From Candidatus Latescibacterota bacterium (GTDB taxonomy: Bacteria > Latescibacterota > UBA2968 > UBA8231): 64,000 nucleotides of DNA. Position numbers and translations under genes: made by a program. Shown here piece by piece: positions 44,405-55,037 of the stretch. Where the stretch lies: positions 4,704,001 to 4,768,000 of the forward strand of contig CBDETK010000013.1 in the NCBI GenBank assembly GCA_965242865.1. Direction: 5' to 3'. The notes under the pieces are model-generated. The model saw nothing but the letters and a program-made list of their open reading frames with translations, searched no databases and was not told the origin of the DNA. How positions within the stretch are numbered: position 1 is the first letter of the stretch; every line of letters begins with the position of its first letter.

Positions 44405-46069
44405 ATGACTTCGTTGAAATCTCTCAAAACCCTGCTTGGGTTCGTCCTTTTAGGCGTCGTCGGGGCTTGGATGGGCTGTTCGGACTCCGCGCCGGTCGCC
44501 TCTCGGCCAGCGGGCAAAGCCACCTGTTCCTTGTGCGAATTCTTGGGCGACGACACCTATACCGCTGCCGACGGGCTGCCCGCCCCGGAAAGCCCCGACA
44601 CCACCCAAACCGACGCCGATAGCACTCAGACCGACGCTGACGCCGACAGCACCCAATCGGCGGTCGTGGAGTTCGCCGACGCCAATCTGGAGCGATGTGT
44701 GCGGGAAGCGTTAGATCGCCCGTCAGGGCCTCTGACCCCGACAGACCTAGCGGCCCTGACCGAACTCGACGCGAGCTATAAAAACATTGAGAGCGTGGCC
44801 GGCCTCGAACACGCGACGGCGCTGCACACGCTGTATCTGCGGGACAACGCGATTACCGACGTGAGTCCCTTGGCCAGTCTGACCAATCTGCACACGCTGT
44901 CGCTGTGGGGGAACAAGGTGGCGGACGTCAGTCCGCTGGCCAGCCTGATCCGCTTGCGCAAGCTGGATCTGTGGGGCAACGCGATTACCGACGTGCAGCC
45001 GTTAGCCGGCCTAACGAACCTGCAATGGCTCCAGCTAGGAGACAACGAGATTGAGGATGTGAGTCCGTTGGTGAGCCTGACCAACCTGCACACGCTGAGC
45101 GTGGTAGAAAACGCCCTCAGCCAGCACGCGGTCAACCAACAACTCGCCGCCGTGATAGAAAGCGGCCTCAGCGTCCAAGCGGTGATCGAAAAGTTCCCCC
45201 CCGTCGAAACCGTCCCAGTCGATCCTGAGCCGGAGATACCGATACCACAAGTGATCTCCATATACTGGACGGACACGGGCACGGATAAAATTCAGCGGGC
45301 CAACCCGGATGGCTCAGAGGTCACAGACCTCGTCACCGACACCGAGGGATTGTTGAGGCCAAGGTTTATCGCGCTGGATATGAGGCGTAGAAAGATGTAC
45401 TGGACGGACGCGGACGCGGATACGATTAAGCGGGCTAGCTTGGATGGATCAAGCATCGAAAACCTCGTCACCACGGCCGAGGGATTGGATCGTACAGGGG
45501 GCATCGCGCTGGATGTGGGGCGCGGAAAGATGTACTGGACGGACTATGGCACGGATAAAATTCAGCGGGCTAACTTGGATGGCTCAGAGGTCACAGACCT
45601 CGTCACCGACACCGAGGGATTGGCAACGCCATGGGGCATCGCGCTGGATCTGCAGGGCGGAAAGATGTACTGGACGGACAGTGGCACGGATAAAATTCAG
45701 CGCGCTGACTTGGATGGATCAAACATCGAAAACCTCGTCACCACGGCCGACACGCCCATAGTGACGCCATGGGGTCTCGCGCTGGATGTGGGGCGCGGAA
45801 AGATGTACTGGACGGACACGGGCACTTCGCCGAGTAGGATTAATCGGGCCAACTTGGATGGCTCTAGTGTCGAAGTCCTCCTCACCACGGGATTGACTAA
45901 TCCAGCGGGCATCGCGCTGGATGTGGTGGGCAAAAAGATGTACTGGACAGACTGGGGCACGGATAAAATTGAGCGGGCCAACTTGGATGGCACCACAGGC
46001 CGCGAAGAACTCGTCACCGCCGCCGATGGATTGAGTTGGCCAGAGGGCATCGCGCTGGAAATTCGGTAG
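44405..46069 (+). CDS. Lipoprotein with internalin-like LRRs and LDL-receptor class B (YWTD) repeats
   Basis: RBS AAGGAG, WMGC lipobox, LxxLxLxxNxIxDVSPLxxL repeats and six YWTD repeats. Confidence 0.92.
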   Translation: MTSLKSLKTLLGFVLLGVVGAWMGCSDSAPVASRPAGKATCSLCEFLGDDTYTAADGLPAPESPDTTQTDADSTQTDADADSTQSAVVEFADANLERCVREALDRPSGPLTPTDLAALTELDASYKNIESVAGLEHATALHTLYLRDNAITDVSPLASLTNLHTLSLWGNKVADVSPLASLIRLRKLDLWGNAITDVQPLAGLTNLQWLQLGDNEIEDVSPLVSLTNLHTLSVVENALSQHAVNQQLAAVIESGLSVQAVIEKFPPVETVPVDPEPEIPIPQVISIYWTDTGTDKIQRANPDGSEVTDLVTDTEGLLRPRFIALDMRRRKMYWTDADADTIKRASLDGSSIENLVTTAEGLDRTGGIALDVGRGKMYWTDYGTDKIQRANLDGSEVTDLVTDTEGLATPWGIALDLQGGKMYWTDSGTDKIQRADLDGSNIENLVTTADTPIVTPWGLALDVGRGKMYWTDTGTSPSRINRANLDGSSVEVLLTTGLTNPAGIALDVVGKKMYWTDWGTDKIERANLDGTTGREELVTAADGLSWPEGIALEIR

Positions 46070-46206
46070 GCATGGAGGTTCACCTGCCCGGCTTGCATAG
46101 CGTTGAGGCGACGCGGCAGAACGGGCTAAGGAGCCGAGCAGCCCGCCTCTACGGCTTGTTCAACATGCCCCAAGGTAGAATTTGCGGAGCAGACCGCTTC
46201 TAAGGG

Positions 46207-46255
46207 CCGCCCCCCTTAGCTTCCTGCTGTTGCGGCAAGGGAGCTAAGGGGGCGG
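46207..46255. terminator. Long hairpin between convergent genes
   Basis: CGCCCCCCTTAGCTTCC...GGGAGCTAAGGGGGCG inverted repeat. Confidence 0.55.
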
Positions 46256-46264
46256 TAATTCTGC

Positions 46265-48397
46265 TTAATCTCCTTCTGCTGCTTCGACGACTTCTATCTC
46301 CAGGGTTTGCATCCCTTCGAGCAATAAATCGACATCCTCCTGCGTAGAAATAGGCTCCGGGGGCAGGTAGTCGTCCCAACTTCCCACAAGCACTTCCTCG
46401 CCTTCGGTCTCTTCCTCGCCTTCCGCCTCTTCCTCGCCTTCAAACTCCCCCTCCTCGCCTTCCGGCGGGTCGGGGGGTGAGACAAACGTCAAGCGAGCTT
46501 TTAAGAGGACGTTTTCGTCGGGTTTGTTTAGGCGGGCAAAAACATCGTCGAGCGTTTCGTCGTCGCCAAAATCGTCAAAGCCCCACTCCAAATCATCGGC
46601 CCCTAAAGAGGCGGCGGACCCCACTCCGAGTTGGTAAAAGCCCGGGGGCAGCGTGTCCGGTATGCTGAGGGCCAGCTCGACTTCTTGGTTGTGGCGGCGT
46701 CCCACGCGCAGGGAAGTGGTAATCGCCAGCGTGTTGCCGAGACTGACGACCGTGTCGGCCGCAACCTTTGTCACGGTGGCAAAACGAGTCTCGGGAATCA
46801 CTTCGACATGCACCTCGGCCGCGCGCACCTGTACGGCGTAATCGTTCCGCGTCATAAGCTCCGCGAGTGCGAGGTACACGTCGTCGTAAGCACTGTAAGT
46901 CGAGGCCAAAAGCCGTCCGCCCGGCGAGGAGTAGAGCCGGGAACGAGCGAGCGTTGAATCGGTGCCGGCAAAAGAAATATCCGTGGCAACGCGGATGCTG
47001 TGCTCAGGATCGTTGTCGATCCGGGCGATCAAGGGAGAGAAAAAGGCGCGGGCGACCAGCCCGAGCGAGGTATATGGGCCGATACTGACGGCCATCCGGT
47101 GCGCGAGTTCGAGTTCGCGGCCCGCTGGAAACGCATAGACGCTCTTAATCGGCACTAAGGCCGGCTCCGCGCCCAACACGCCGCGCACCGCCGGCCGCCG
47201 GTCTTCGGTCAGAGTGCCCCGCACCGTTGGATTCATCGCCACGTATTTGAACGGGGCGAACAAGTTGGAGATTTCGCCGAGTACCCGGGATTCGATGATG
47301 GGAAGCTCGACCGGACCCGCACTAGACATGGAGTGCCCAAACCCGTATATCCGGTTGCCATCCACGTACGATATGGTGCCGAACGAACCCAGCGTAAGCT
47401 CCCCGAGCAGCAACCCCACGGTCAGGGGCCGACCGGCCTCAAAGCTCGCTTGGCGTTCTTGGGTTATACCAGCGGCACTGGCTTGGCTCAGGATCGACGG
47501 CCTCCCGTCGGGCAGCGCATGCACGCCATTGAGGCCCGTGCTCAGCAAGGGAATCTCCAAGGGGATTATGCGGTTCCCCGCCCACGTGGCCGCGGGTTTG
47601 GCCGCCGGCGCGGTTCCTTGCGTGCCGATGACCCATTCTATGGGGGTGGCAAAAGCGTAGTACGGCGGGCTGTCTTGGCTATCAAAGCTATAAGCAACGG
47701 CCCCCCAAGTGCCCTGCTCGGTAAAAACGGGCGAACCGCTCATCCCCGCAGCAATGCCCCCGAGCTGGATCAAAACGGGATCAGAGGCTTCTAACATGTA
47801 AACCGGCATGGGCGCCAAGAAATCATCGACCACTTGGACGAAGGTCATTTCGAGATCGACCAGCTCGCCGTGGGCAAATTCAGTGCGTAGGAATACGGGC
47901 GTCCCCACGGGCAGGGCGCGGATTTCGTCCACCGAGACAATGGGCGACAGCTCCCAAGGCTTTAACTCCCCGGTTGGGCGCACTGGCATCTGCAGCGAAT
48001 GGGTCGCTGTCAGCATGGAGTCGGCCGCGGCGAGCATGGTATGGGCCGCGGCGAGCAGGGCGTCGGCATCGGCGGCAATCGTAGAGTCCGCGTCGGCTGC
48101 GACCATGGCGTTGGCCGCTGTCTGCATGGAATTAGCGGTGGCCATCATGTCATTGGCCGCGGCGAGCAGGGCGTCGGCATCGGCGGCAATCGTAGAGTCC
48201 GCGTCGGCTGCGACCATGGCATTGGCCGCTGTTCGCATGGAATCGGCCGTGGCCAGCATGGTATTGGCGGTGGTTAGCATGGCGTCGGCCGTGGCCAGCA
48301 TGGAATCGACAGCCGCGGCCGTTGGGGCCGGATCGCTGTCATCTCCACAGCTCCACAGACCAACGACGAGGGCGAATGGGGCTAAACGGATTAGCAT
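46265..48397 (-). CDS. SpoIVB peptidase S55-domain lipoprotein
   Basis: LWSC lipobox; GGIAAGMSGSPV; GTISYVDGNRIYGFGH; Ala/Met-rich N-terminal repeats and an acidic tail. Confidence 0.8.
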   Translation of the reverse strand: MLIRLAPFALVVGLWSCGDDSDPAPTAAAVDSMLATADAMLTTANTMLATADSMRTAANAMVAADADSTIAADADALLAAANDMMATANSMQTAANAMVAADADSTIAADADALLAAAHTMLAAADSMLTATHSLQMPVRPTGELKPWELSPIVSVDEIRALPVGTPVFLRTEFAHGELVDLEMTFVQVVDDFLAPMPVYMLEASDPVLIQLGGIAAGMSGSPVFTEQGTWGAVAYSFDSQDSPPYYAFATPIEWVIGTQGTAPAAKPAATWAGNRIIPLEIPLLSTGLNGVHALPDGRPSILSQASAAGITQERQASFEAGRPLTVGLLLGELTLGSFGTISYVDGNRIYGFGHSMSSAGPVELPIIESRVLGEISNLFAPFKYVAMNPTVRGTLTEDRRPAVRGVLGAEPALVPIKSVYAFPAGRELELAHRMAVSIGPYTSLGLVARAFFSPLIARIDNDPEHSIRVATDISFAGTDSTLARSRLYSSPGGRLLASTYSAYDDVYLALAELMTRNDYAVQVRAAEVHVEVIPETRFATVTKVAADTVVSLGNTLAITTSLRVGRRHNQEVELALSIPDTLPPGFYQLGVGSAASLGADDLEWGFDDFGDDETLDDVFARLNKPDENVLLKARLTFVSPPDPPEGEEGEFEGEEEAEGEEETEGEEVLVGSWDDYLPPEPISTQEDVDLLLEGMQTLEIEVVEAAEGD

Positions 48398-48498
48398 AAT
48401 GCGGGTTCTCCTAAGTTAGGTGTATGCGGTGTTCTCGCGCTCGGCCTTGTAACCCCAAACGAGCCAAAAAATGCACAAAAGGCACAATTTGTATGACC

Positions 48499-49263
48499 TC
48501 AGACGCAGCCTGGGTGCGCTCGGCCTCGCAACAGGGGGTATTCGGGCTTGGCCTCGGGGCGGCCCGTCCAGTGCGAGCGCGCGCTCATGTAGTGAGTGGC
48601 CATGCCGCGGCGGCGCGTGGTGGTTTGGTTGGGACCGGAGCGGTGCAGGAGCAGGCTGTGGTGGAAGGAGCAGTCGCCCGCTTGCAGCAGGATGGGCCGC
48701 TCGCGCTGGCGGTTGATGGCTGCGTCGGGCACTTTTTTGTCTTGCCGCGAGCCGACCATCCACACCTCGCTGTGGTCAACCAACCCCTCGCGGTGGCTGC
48801 CCGGCACGACCCACAAGCAGCCGTTTTCAAGGGTAACATCGTCTAAGGCGACCCAAGCGGTAGCCAAGGCCATCGGCTCAATGTGGAAGTACGCGGAGTC
48901 TTGGTGATAGGTTTTTTCGATGCCGCCCGGTCCTTTAATAAAAACTTGGTCGCCGAAGAGCTTGACGTCTGGGCCGAGTAGGTCGACGGCTGCGGTGAGG
49001 AGGGGTTCCCGCGCGGCGTGGTCGCGGAAGAAGGCGTCGCATTGGGACGGGCCGTTGATCTTGCGCAAGTGATCGATGTGGCGTTGCCGGGGCGCGTTGG
49101 GGTCGAACTCGAGGCGCGCCTCGGGAAAGGGCCGGACGCCCGCGGCGATCCCTTCGAGGTGGACGCGGAGGGCACGCACGTCTTCTGCGGCGAGGGCGTT
49201 TCTCAAGATGGTGTACCCGTCTTGCTGGTACTGGACGATTTGTTTCGGGCTAAGTGCAGACAT
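48499..49263 (-). CDS. Phytanoyl-CoA dioxygenase (PhyH) family protein
   Basis: YHQDSAYF, WVALDDVTLENGCLWVVPGSH and LLHRSGPN..RR motifs. Confidence 0.92.
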   Translation of the reverse strand: MSALSPKQIVQYQQDGYTILRNALAAEDVRALRVHLEGIAAGVRPFPEARLEFDPNAPRQRHIDHLRKINGPSQCDAFFRDHAAREPLLTAAVDLLGPDVKLFGDQVFIKGPGGIEKTYHQDSAYFHIEPMALATAWVALDDVTLENGCLWVVPGSHREGLVDHSEVWMVGSRQDKKVPDAAINRQRERPILLQAGDCSFHHSLLLHRSGPNQTTTRRRGMATHYMSARSHWTGRPEAKPEYPLLRGRAHPGCV

Positions 49264-49556
49264 GGCTTGCTCCAATTAGGGGATCTCGGCCGGCTTAACA
49301 TGGCTCTAGCTCAATTGTCGTATCAGCGATACGACAATCTCCCTATCCGGGAAACATTCGGCAAAACGGATCATTTCTTCAATTTCCTTCCGTCTCCCGC
49401 CCGGCGCATCAATGTCGGCGGCTTGAGTATATAAAATGGACTAAAAGCACAAGCGCAATGGCCGCGGCCCCGAGGAGTTGACGCGGCGGCTGTTCGCACC
49501 CATTCTTCTCGGGTCGCACACCATTCACCGCCCACCCCTCACCGCTCGCCACGGCC

Positions 49557-50651
49557 ATGTCCCCAACCGAATACGCCGTTGAAGTCGCGTCCTCCACGGA
49601 GGTTTCGCTGATCGACTGCGACGTCCACAACTATCCAAATTCCATCGACGACCTCATGCCCTTTTTGTCGGCGCGCTGGCAGGTGTACGTGCGGCAATCC
49701 GGGTTTAGCGGCCCGCCCGGGCCGATTTATCCCAAGGGGTTTGCCCAAGCCGCGCGGCGCGATGCTTGGCCGCCTTCGGGCCTGCGGCCGGGGGGCGATC
49801 CCGGGTTTGCACGCACCCAGTTGCTCGACGCTTGGGGCATTGACGTGGCCGTGCTCAATCCGCTCTACGGCATGACGGCCCTGCACAACCTCGACTTTGC
49901 CAACGCGCTGATGCGAGCGGTCAACGAGTGGACCGCGCACACTTGGCTCGACCACGACCCGCGCTGGCGCGGCTCCATTGTGGTCAATGCCAACGACCCG
50001 GCGCAGGCGGCCGCAGAAATCGAGCGGGCCGCGGCCGACCCGCGCTTTGTGCAGGTGCTGCTCTTGGTGCGGTCGAGTGCGCCCTATGGCAAACGGCAGT
50101 TTAGGCCGATTTTTGCCGCGGCCTGCGAGGCCGGTCTGCCGGTGGGGATCCACTTCGGCGGCAGCGGCCAGCCGATCACGGCCTGCGGCTGGCCTTCCTA
50201 TTATATCGAAGATCACACGGCCATGGCGCAAGCCTTTGAGGCGCAAGTCATCAGCCTCGTTTGCGAGGGGGTGTTCTGCGAATTTCCCGCGCTGCGCGTC
50301 GCGCTGATTGAGGGGGGATTCGCGTGGCTGCCCGGGCTGATGTGGCGGCTGGACAAAAACTACCGCGGCTTGCGCAGCGAGGTGCCGTGGCTGAAGAAGC
50401 GGCCCAGCGAGTACATCCGCGCCCACTGCCGCGCCACGACCCAGCCCATGGAAGAGCCAGACGACCCCCGGCACTTATTGCACATCATCGACATGATCGG
50501 TTGCGAGGATTTCCTGATGTTCGCCACGGATTATCCGCATTGGGACTTTGACTCGCCGGCCCGCGCGCTGCCGCCGGTGCTCGACGATGCGCTACGCCGG
50601 GGCATCATGGCCGATAATGCCGAGGCATGGTATGGGTTTGCAGCGCGTTGA
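49557..50651 (+). CDS. Amidohydrolase family 2 protein
   Basis: IDCDVH, NEW...W, IEGGFAW and FATDYPHWD motifs. Confidence 0.92.
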   Translation: MSPTEYAVEVASSTEVSLIDCDVHNYPNSIDDLMPFLSARWQVYVRQSGFSGPPGPIYPKGFAQAARRDAWPPSGLRPGGDPGFARTQLLDAWGIDVAVLNPLYGMTALHNLDFANALMRAVNEWTAHTWLDHDPRWRGSIVVNANDPAQAAAEIERAAADPRFVQVLLLVRSSAPYGKRQFRPIFAAACEAGLPVGIHFGGSGQPITACGWPSYYIEDHTAMAQAFEAQVISLVCEGVFCEFPALRVALIEGGFAWLPGLMWRLDKNYRGLRSEVPWLKKRPSEYIRAHCRATTQPMEEPDDPRHLLHIIDMIGCEDFLMFATDYPHWDFDSPARALPPVLDDALRRGIMADNAEAWYGFAAR

Positions 50652-51003
50652 CTTGGGGCCGGTTGCGGCCTTTGCCGACGGCGCGGTCCGCCGGGTCGAG
50701 GTTGCGGGGAGGGGCTTGGCCATAGTGCGGCAGGGGGATGCTTGGTACGCGCTCCGCGATGTGTGCCCGCACCAAGGGGCGCGCCTGTCCGATGGGCGGG
50801 TCGGGGGCACAGCGCTGGCGCCGCGTCCGGGGGCCGAGATCGTCTTGGGGCGCGTGGGCGAGATTTTGAGTTGCCCGTGGCACGGCTGGGAATACGACGT
50901 GTGTACGGGCCGCTCGCTCTGCGAGCCTGAGCGGGTGCGGGTGCGGACCTATCCGGTGCGGGTGGAGGATGGGCGGGTGGTCGTGGAGGTGGAGGTGGAC
51001 TAA
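50638..51003 (+). CDS. Rieske [2Fe-2S] ferredoxin
   Basis: CPHQG...CPWHGWEYD; start uncertain (TTG 50638 or ATG 50626/50632). Confidence 0.9.
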   Translation: MQRVDLGPVAAFADGAVRRVEVAGRGLAIVRQGDAWYALRDVCPHQGARLSDGRVGGTALAPRPGAEIVLGRVGEILSCPWHGWEYDVCTGRSLCEPERVRVRTYPVRVEDGRVVVEVEVD

Positions 51004-51009
51004 GGGGAT

Positions 51010-51140
51010 GGCCACAAGAGGCACAAGGGGCACAAGAGGATCGGCCCTAGCAGCAGGTTAGGAGCAGGGGGTGGCCACAAGAGGCACAAAGGGCACAAGA
51101 GGCGGCGGCCCCAGCAGGTTTAGGAGCAGGGGGTGGCCAC
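51010..51140. repeat. Tandem unit of about 62 bp containing 9-bp periodic CACAAnnGG motifs
   Basis: GGCCACAAGAGGCACAA(G/A)GGGCACAAGAGG...CAGGTT(T)AGGAGCAGGGGGT twice, plus a partial third copy. Confidence 0.8.
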
Positions 51141-51145
51141 GAGAT

Positions 51146-52624
51146 TTAGAGATCCGCGGAGCGCCAGTTGCTTAGTCCAGTCACCAAACACTCTTCGAGC
51201 CAAACGCGGAATCGATCCTCTATGGACGCTCGGTCTTCCCGATAGTTGATCTGAAACAGGCTGCGCGCAAGCACTTGGGCCGGACTCGTCTCCCGTTCTT
51301 CGCGGTCCGTCTGAACTCGCTGAAAGAATACGGCCGAACAGGCCAGTACCCCACGGAATTCGCGTCCGATCCCATGGAAGGAAAGCAGAATCTGGCTCTG
51401 GTTTGCATTGTGGATGACCAGACGCACCCAAGCGCGGTAGGACTCTAAATTGGCGAAGTAGTTGAGTGCCTGCGCCCCGGCCACGATCTGCTGCTGGAAA
51501 TAGTGGCTGCGCTCGCCGTGGTCGGATTCTCCATCGACAAATACATGAACATGATCGAGGACCGCGCCCATGTTGGTCTCGATGGCCGCCTTGAGTTCGT
51601 TCATCCGCGTCTCGGCGCCCTGCCGCAGATATTCCGCCCGATCCTTGGCTTTGTTCCATTCGCCCGCGAGGCCGTCGCGCCGATGCTCCAATTCTCGGCG
51701 CGTGGCGCGGATCAAATCCTCGGCGCGAAAGTCCTTCTCCACTTCGCGGGACAAACCGAGTGCCCGCACGAATTCGCGTTGCTGGATTTCCGCAAAAAAG
51801 CCGATGAGTGGCTTTAGATCGCCGCGATCCGCGGCTTGCAGAGCGTCCAAATAGTCGCCTTTTGCCTTGCTCCGCACGACCAGAGGAAAGCGGCGCGCCT
51901 TGACGAGAACGAGCGTGGCCAGTGCTCTCGCTACTCGGCCATTGCCATCCTGAAACGGATGGATCTGCGTGAAGCGATGGTGGAGCCAAGCGGCCTCGAC
52001 TTCGGGCGCGATCTTTTCGTGGGCGCGGTGCATTTCGATTAGCCGGTCCATCTCGGAAGCGACCTGTTCGGGCGGACAGTATTCGTGGATTGCGCCGCCG
52101 CGGCCGAGCGGATTGTTGGGTCGTTTCTTGTAGTCGCCGCGTAGCAGCGGAATCCGCACCCGTTTCCCAAGCCGGTCCCTTCCCTCGGCGGTCTCCTGAT
52201 TCTGCGTCAGCAGTTGGTGAAGCTCCTTGATGTAGCTCGTGGAAAGGGTGCGCTCGTCCTTGACGAAGGCGAATACATACTCGATAGCCGCCTCGTGATC
52301 CTGAATCATGGAAGCGATCCGCTCCGGGTCGTCGCCCGAGCCGTGCGGGATTAAGGTCGCGTCAATGCCGCGCTCAATCAGGAGTTCTGTGACGCCGCGG
52401 TCGAAGTCGTACACCCGTTCTATCAATCCGGTCTCGATCGCCCATTCCCGGTGCAGTTTCCGGTTAAACTCGGACAGGGCCTCCGAGTCTGCTAACCGGC
52501 TGCGCTCTGTTTCCCATACCGCAGCGAGCGAATCGAGCTCCTGCTGAGCCAAGGGCGCCGGGTCGTTCTCATAGTCGAGGATCGGAGTCCACTTGTACCC
52601 GTTGTCTATACTACTTCTCGCCAT
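51146..52624 (-). CDS. Fic-domain protein
   Basis: Canonical HPFQDGNGRVAR motif. Confidence 0.92.
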   Translation of the reverse strand: MARSSIDNGYKWTPILDYENDPAPLAQQELDSLAAVWETERSRLADSEALSEFNRKLHREWAIETGLIERVYDFDRGVTELLIERGIDATLIPHGSGDDPERIASMIQDHEAAIEYVFAFVKDERTLSTSYIKELHQLLTQNQETAEGRDRLGKRVRIPLLRGDYKKRPNNPLGRGGAIHEYCPPEQVASEMDRLIEMHRAHEKIAPEVEAAWLHHRFTQIHPFQDGNGRVARALATLVLVKARRFPLVVRSKAKGDYLDALQAADRGDLKPLIGFFAEIQQREFVRALGLSREVEKDFRAEDLIRATRRELEHRRDGLAGEWNKAKDRAEYLRQGAETRMNELKAAIETNMGAVLDHVHVFVDGESDHGERSHYFQQQIVAGAQALNYFANLESYRAWVRLVIHNANQSQILLSFHGIGREFRGVLACSAVFFQRVQTDREERETSPAQVLARSLFQINYREDRASIEDRFRVWLEECLVTGLSNWRSADL

Positions 52625-52785
52625 GACTGCGCTCGTCGAGGCACTGCGCCGCGAATTGTTAAGGTGGGTTCCGCGGAAAAATAGGCGTTGAGGAACGATT
52701 AGCGACTAACCGCCGACGCTTTCAATTTACCTAAGTACGCGACCCTTACTTTGCGTCTGCCTTTTCTGGTGTTGCCGCTGCGTCC

Positions 52786-52834
52786 GGGATCGAGGGCGTC
52801 CCGCCCTTGACGAGGGCAAGATGCCCTCGATCCC
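52786..52834. repeat. REP-like hairpin
   Basis: GGGATCGAGGGCGTCCCGCCCT...AGGGCAAGATGCCCTCGATCCC. Confidence 0.7.
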
Positions 52835-52885
52835 GGGGAAGGCGGGGCGCTGGTAGGAGCTTTGCTACACGCCCCGGCCCCATTC

Positions 52886-53872
52886 CTACCGCGGCACCGG
52901 AATGGGCACTGGCACGTTACCCTGTTTTTGCGATTCTAAGAACCCGATGATCAGCTCTACCACGAGGTGCCCGGCCCGGCCCGGCGACACGGACTCGACG
53001 CCTTGGTCCATGGCGGCGATGAGTTCGTGGATGCCGGCCGGAATGCCCTCGACCGGCCAAGCAGGCGGCGCAAGGGGTTCGGCCTCTTCGCCGCGATACA
53101 GGGTGCCGCTGTCGCTGCCGAGCAGCACTCGCCCGGTGGTGCCGACCACTTCGATTTGCTGCTTGGGCGCGGGCGTGGTCTTGGAGCCGCCGATGTAAAA
53201 ACCCCGCACCCCGTCGGCAAAGTGGATGTACCCGTTGGCCCCGGGCTCGGTGGCCGGCACGTGGCCGCCGTCGCCGCGGTACTCGGCGTACTCGGCGTAT
53301 CCCTCCTCCAGCTCGGCCACCACCCACTGGGGCTGCGCGCCCGCGTAGTAGCAAATAGCGTCGAGGGTGTGGGTGCCGTTGCGGAAGAGCATGGCGCGGG
53401 GGCCGGAGAGCGTGCCGATGACGTATTGCACCGGGCCGATGACGCCTTGATCGACGATGGCTTCTTTGGCATGCCGCCACAGGGGCATAAAGCGCCGGGT
53501 GTGATCGACCGACAGGGTGGTGGTGTTGGCGTTGCAAGCGGCGATCATGCGGTCGGCGTCGGCGAGGTTGGTCGCCAGCGGCTTTTCGCAGAAGATGCCC
53601 TTGGCCCCGGCGTTGGCCGCATCCACGACTAAGGCGGCGTGGCGGTGGTCCGAGGTGGCGACGGTGACGATGTCGAGTCTTTCGCGGGCGAGCATCTCGC
53701 GGTGATCGCGGTACAGGGCGAGGGATGCGTCCGGCCAGCGTTGTTCAAACTCGTGGAGAATCGCTTCGTCGAGATCGCAAGCCGCCACGAGGCGGGCGCG
53801 GTCCGATCCGACGATTCCGGTGGCGTGGGCCGCGCCAATGCCGCGGCAACCAATGACTCCAGCTCTATACAT
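52886..53872 (-). CDS. Gfo/Idh/MocA oxidoreductase
   Basis: MYRAGVIGCRGIG, IFCEKPLA and NGTHTLD motifs. Confidence 0.92.
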   Translation of the reverse strand: MYRAGVIGCRGIGAAHATGIVGSDRARLVAACDLDEAILHEFEQRWPDASLALYRDHREMLARERLDIVTVATSDHRHAALVVDAANAGAKGIFCEKPLATNLADADRMIAACNANTTTLSVDHTRRFMPLWRHAKEAIVDQGVIGPVQYVIGTLSGPRAMLFRNGTHTLDAICYYAGAQPQWVVAELEEGYAEYAEYRGDGGHVPATEPGANGYIHFADGVRGFYIGGSKTTPAPKQQIEVVGTTGRVLLGSDSGTLYRGEEAEPLAPPAWPVEGIPAGIHELIAAMDQGVESVSPGRAGHLVVELIIGFLESQKQGNVPVPIPVPR

Positions 53873-53915
53873 GATTGTGCTCCTTGTGAAGGGATTTGCG
53901 CTGCGATCTATCTCA

Positions 53916-54962
53916 TTACCAAGCGCTCTTGAGCTCGCCCCACGTCGCCTCGAACACGGCCGTCGAAGGGTCCCACTGCGCGGCGCGCTGCATAAACACC
54001 GTGGGGTCGGCGCGCCAATCGCCGTAGCCAATGCGCTGGTTGTCCGTGAGATAGTTGATCTTGTCGTCGATGCAGGCTGCGAGGTCCGCGTCCGCTGCGG
54101 CGAGCGTGAACCCGCCCTGCTCGGCGTCGGCGTCGAGGGCCGTGACCGCAAACGCGCCGTTGGAAGCGTGGCTCGCGTCGCGGTTGCCGATTTCGCCGCG
54201 GGCGACCGCGTCAATGCGGCCGGCCGCGAGGGCGTCTAGCAACTCTATTTCGCCGGTCTCTTGCCCGAGGTACAGCACTTGCGGCATGGTGGCCGCAGGC
54301 GGCTCCAGCCGCAGCCGCCCTTCGAGATTGGCCGACGCGCCGGCCGCGGTGATGGTGTAATCGGCCGTGCCGTCGGCTACGAGCTCGCCATCGGCTGTTG
54401 TGATGCGCGTACCGGTCGCGAGTACGCCGTTGGCATCAACTACGCCCGTTAGCTCCAGCAGGCGGAACTCGCCCGTGGTGCCGCTCAGCACTCCCACTCG
54501 ATCGTCGCTGGTCAGGTCGCTGTGGCTGGCGAGCCGCTCGGCGTCTTCGGCCCGCACCAGCAGCGATTGCCGGAAGGCGATGTGCCCGGACGTGAAGTTC
54601 ACCACGTGTTCACCGGCTGCATTGCGGGTGCGGGAGTCGAGGATGGTGATGCCGCCGCCGACCAAGTCGTACGCCGGCCCGGCCGATTGCAGCCATATAT
54701 CGGGCCACTCGGCGATGGCCCGGCGTTCAAAGGACAATCCCGCCCCATCCATGGCCTCTAGCGCGGTCAACAAGTCCGCTTCGTACCCGCGATGTTCGTT
54801 GAACCCGGCTGTGTTGGGATCGGAGTCTGCGCTGTAACTGACCGGCTCGAAAAAGGCGTAGAACCCGACTTGGAGCCCCTGTCCGTCGCCGCATGCCACG
54901 GCTGAGGCCGAGCGAGCCGCTAAGACCACTAGGAAGAGGGATGCGTAAAAGGATGAGGGCAT
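53916..54962 (-). CDS. Exported substrate-binding (family 3-like) protein
   Basis: Signal peptide; GYEADLL, GGITILDSR, VGVLSGTTGE and ALAAGRIDAV; C-tail TAVFEATWGELKSAW. Confidence 0.78.
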   Translation of the reverse strand: MPSSFYASLFLVVLAARSASAVACGDGQGLQVGFYAFFEPVSYSADSDPNTAGFNEHRGYEADLLTALEAMDGAGLSFERRAIAEWPDIWLQSAGPAYDLVGGGITILDSRTRNAAGEHVVNFTSGHIAFRQSLLVRAEDAERLASHSDLTSDDRVGVLSGTTGEFRLLELTGVVDANGVLATGTRITTADGELVADGTADYTITAAGASANLEGRLRLEPPAATMPQVLYLGQETGEIELLDALAAGRIDAVARGEIGNRDASHASNGAFAVTALDADAEQGGFTLAAADADLAACIDDKINYLTDNQRIGYGDWRADPTVFMQRAAQWDPSTAVFEATWGELKSAW

Positions 54963-55037
54963 GGAGGATACCTCGTTTTGGAGTGATGAGGATGGATGGG
55001 AGGAATATGGGGCGGGCAAAGGGGCGGAGCAAACCCG

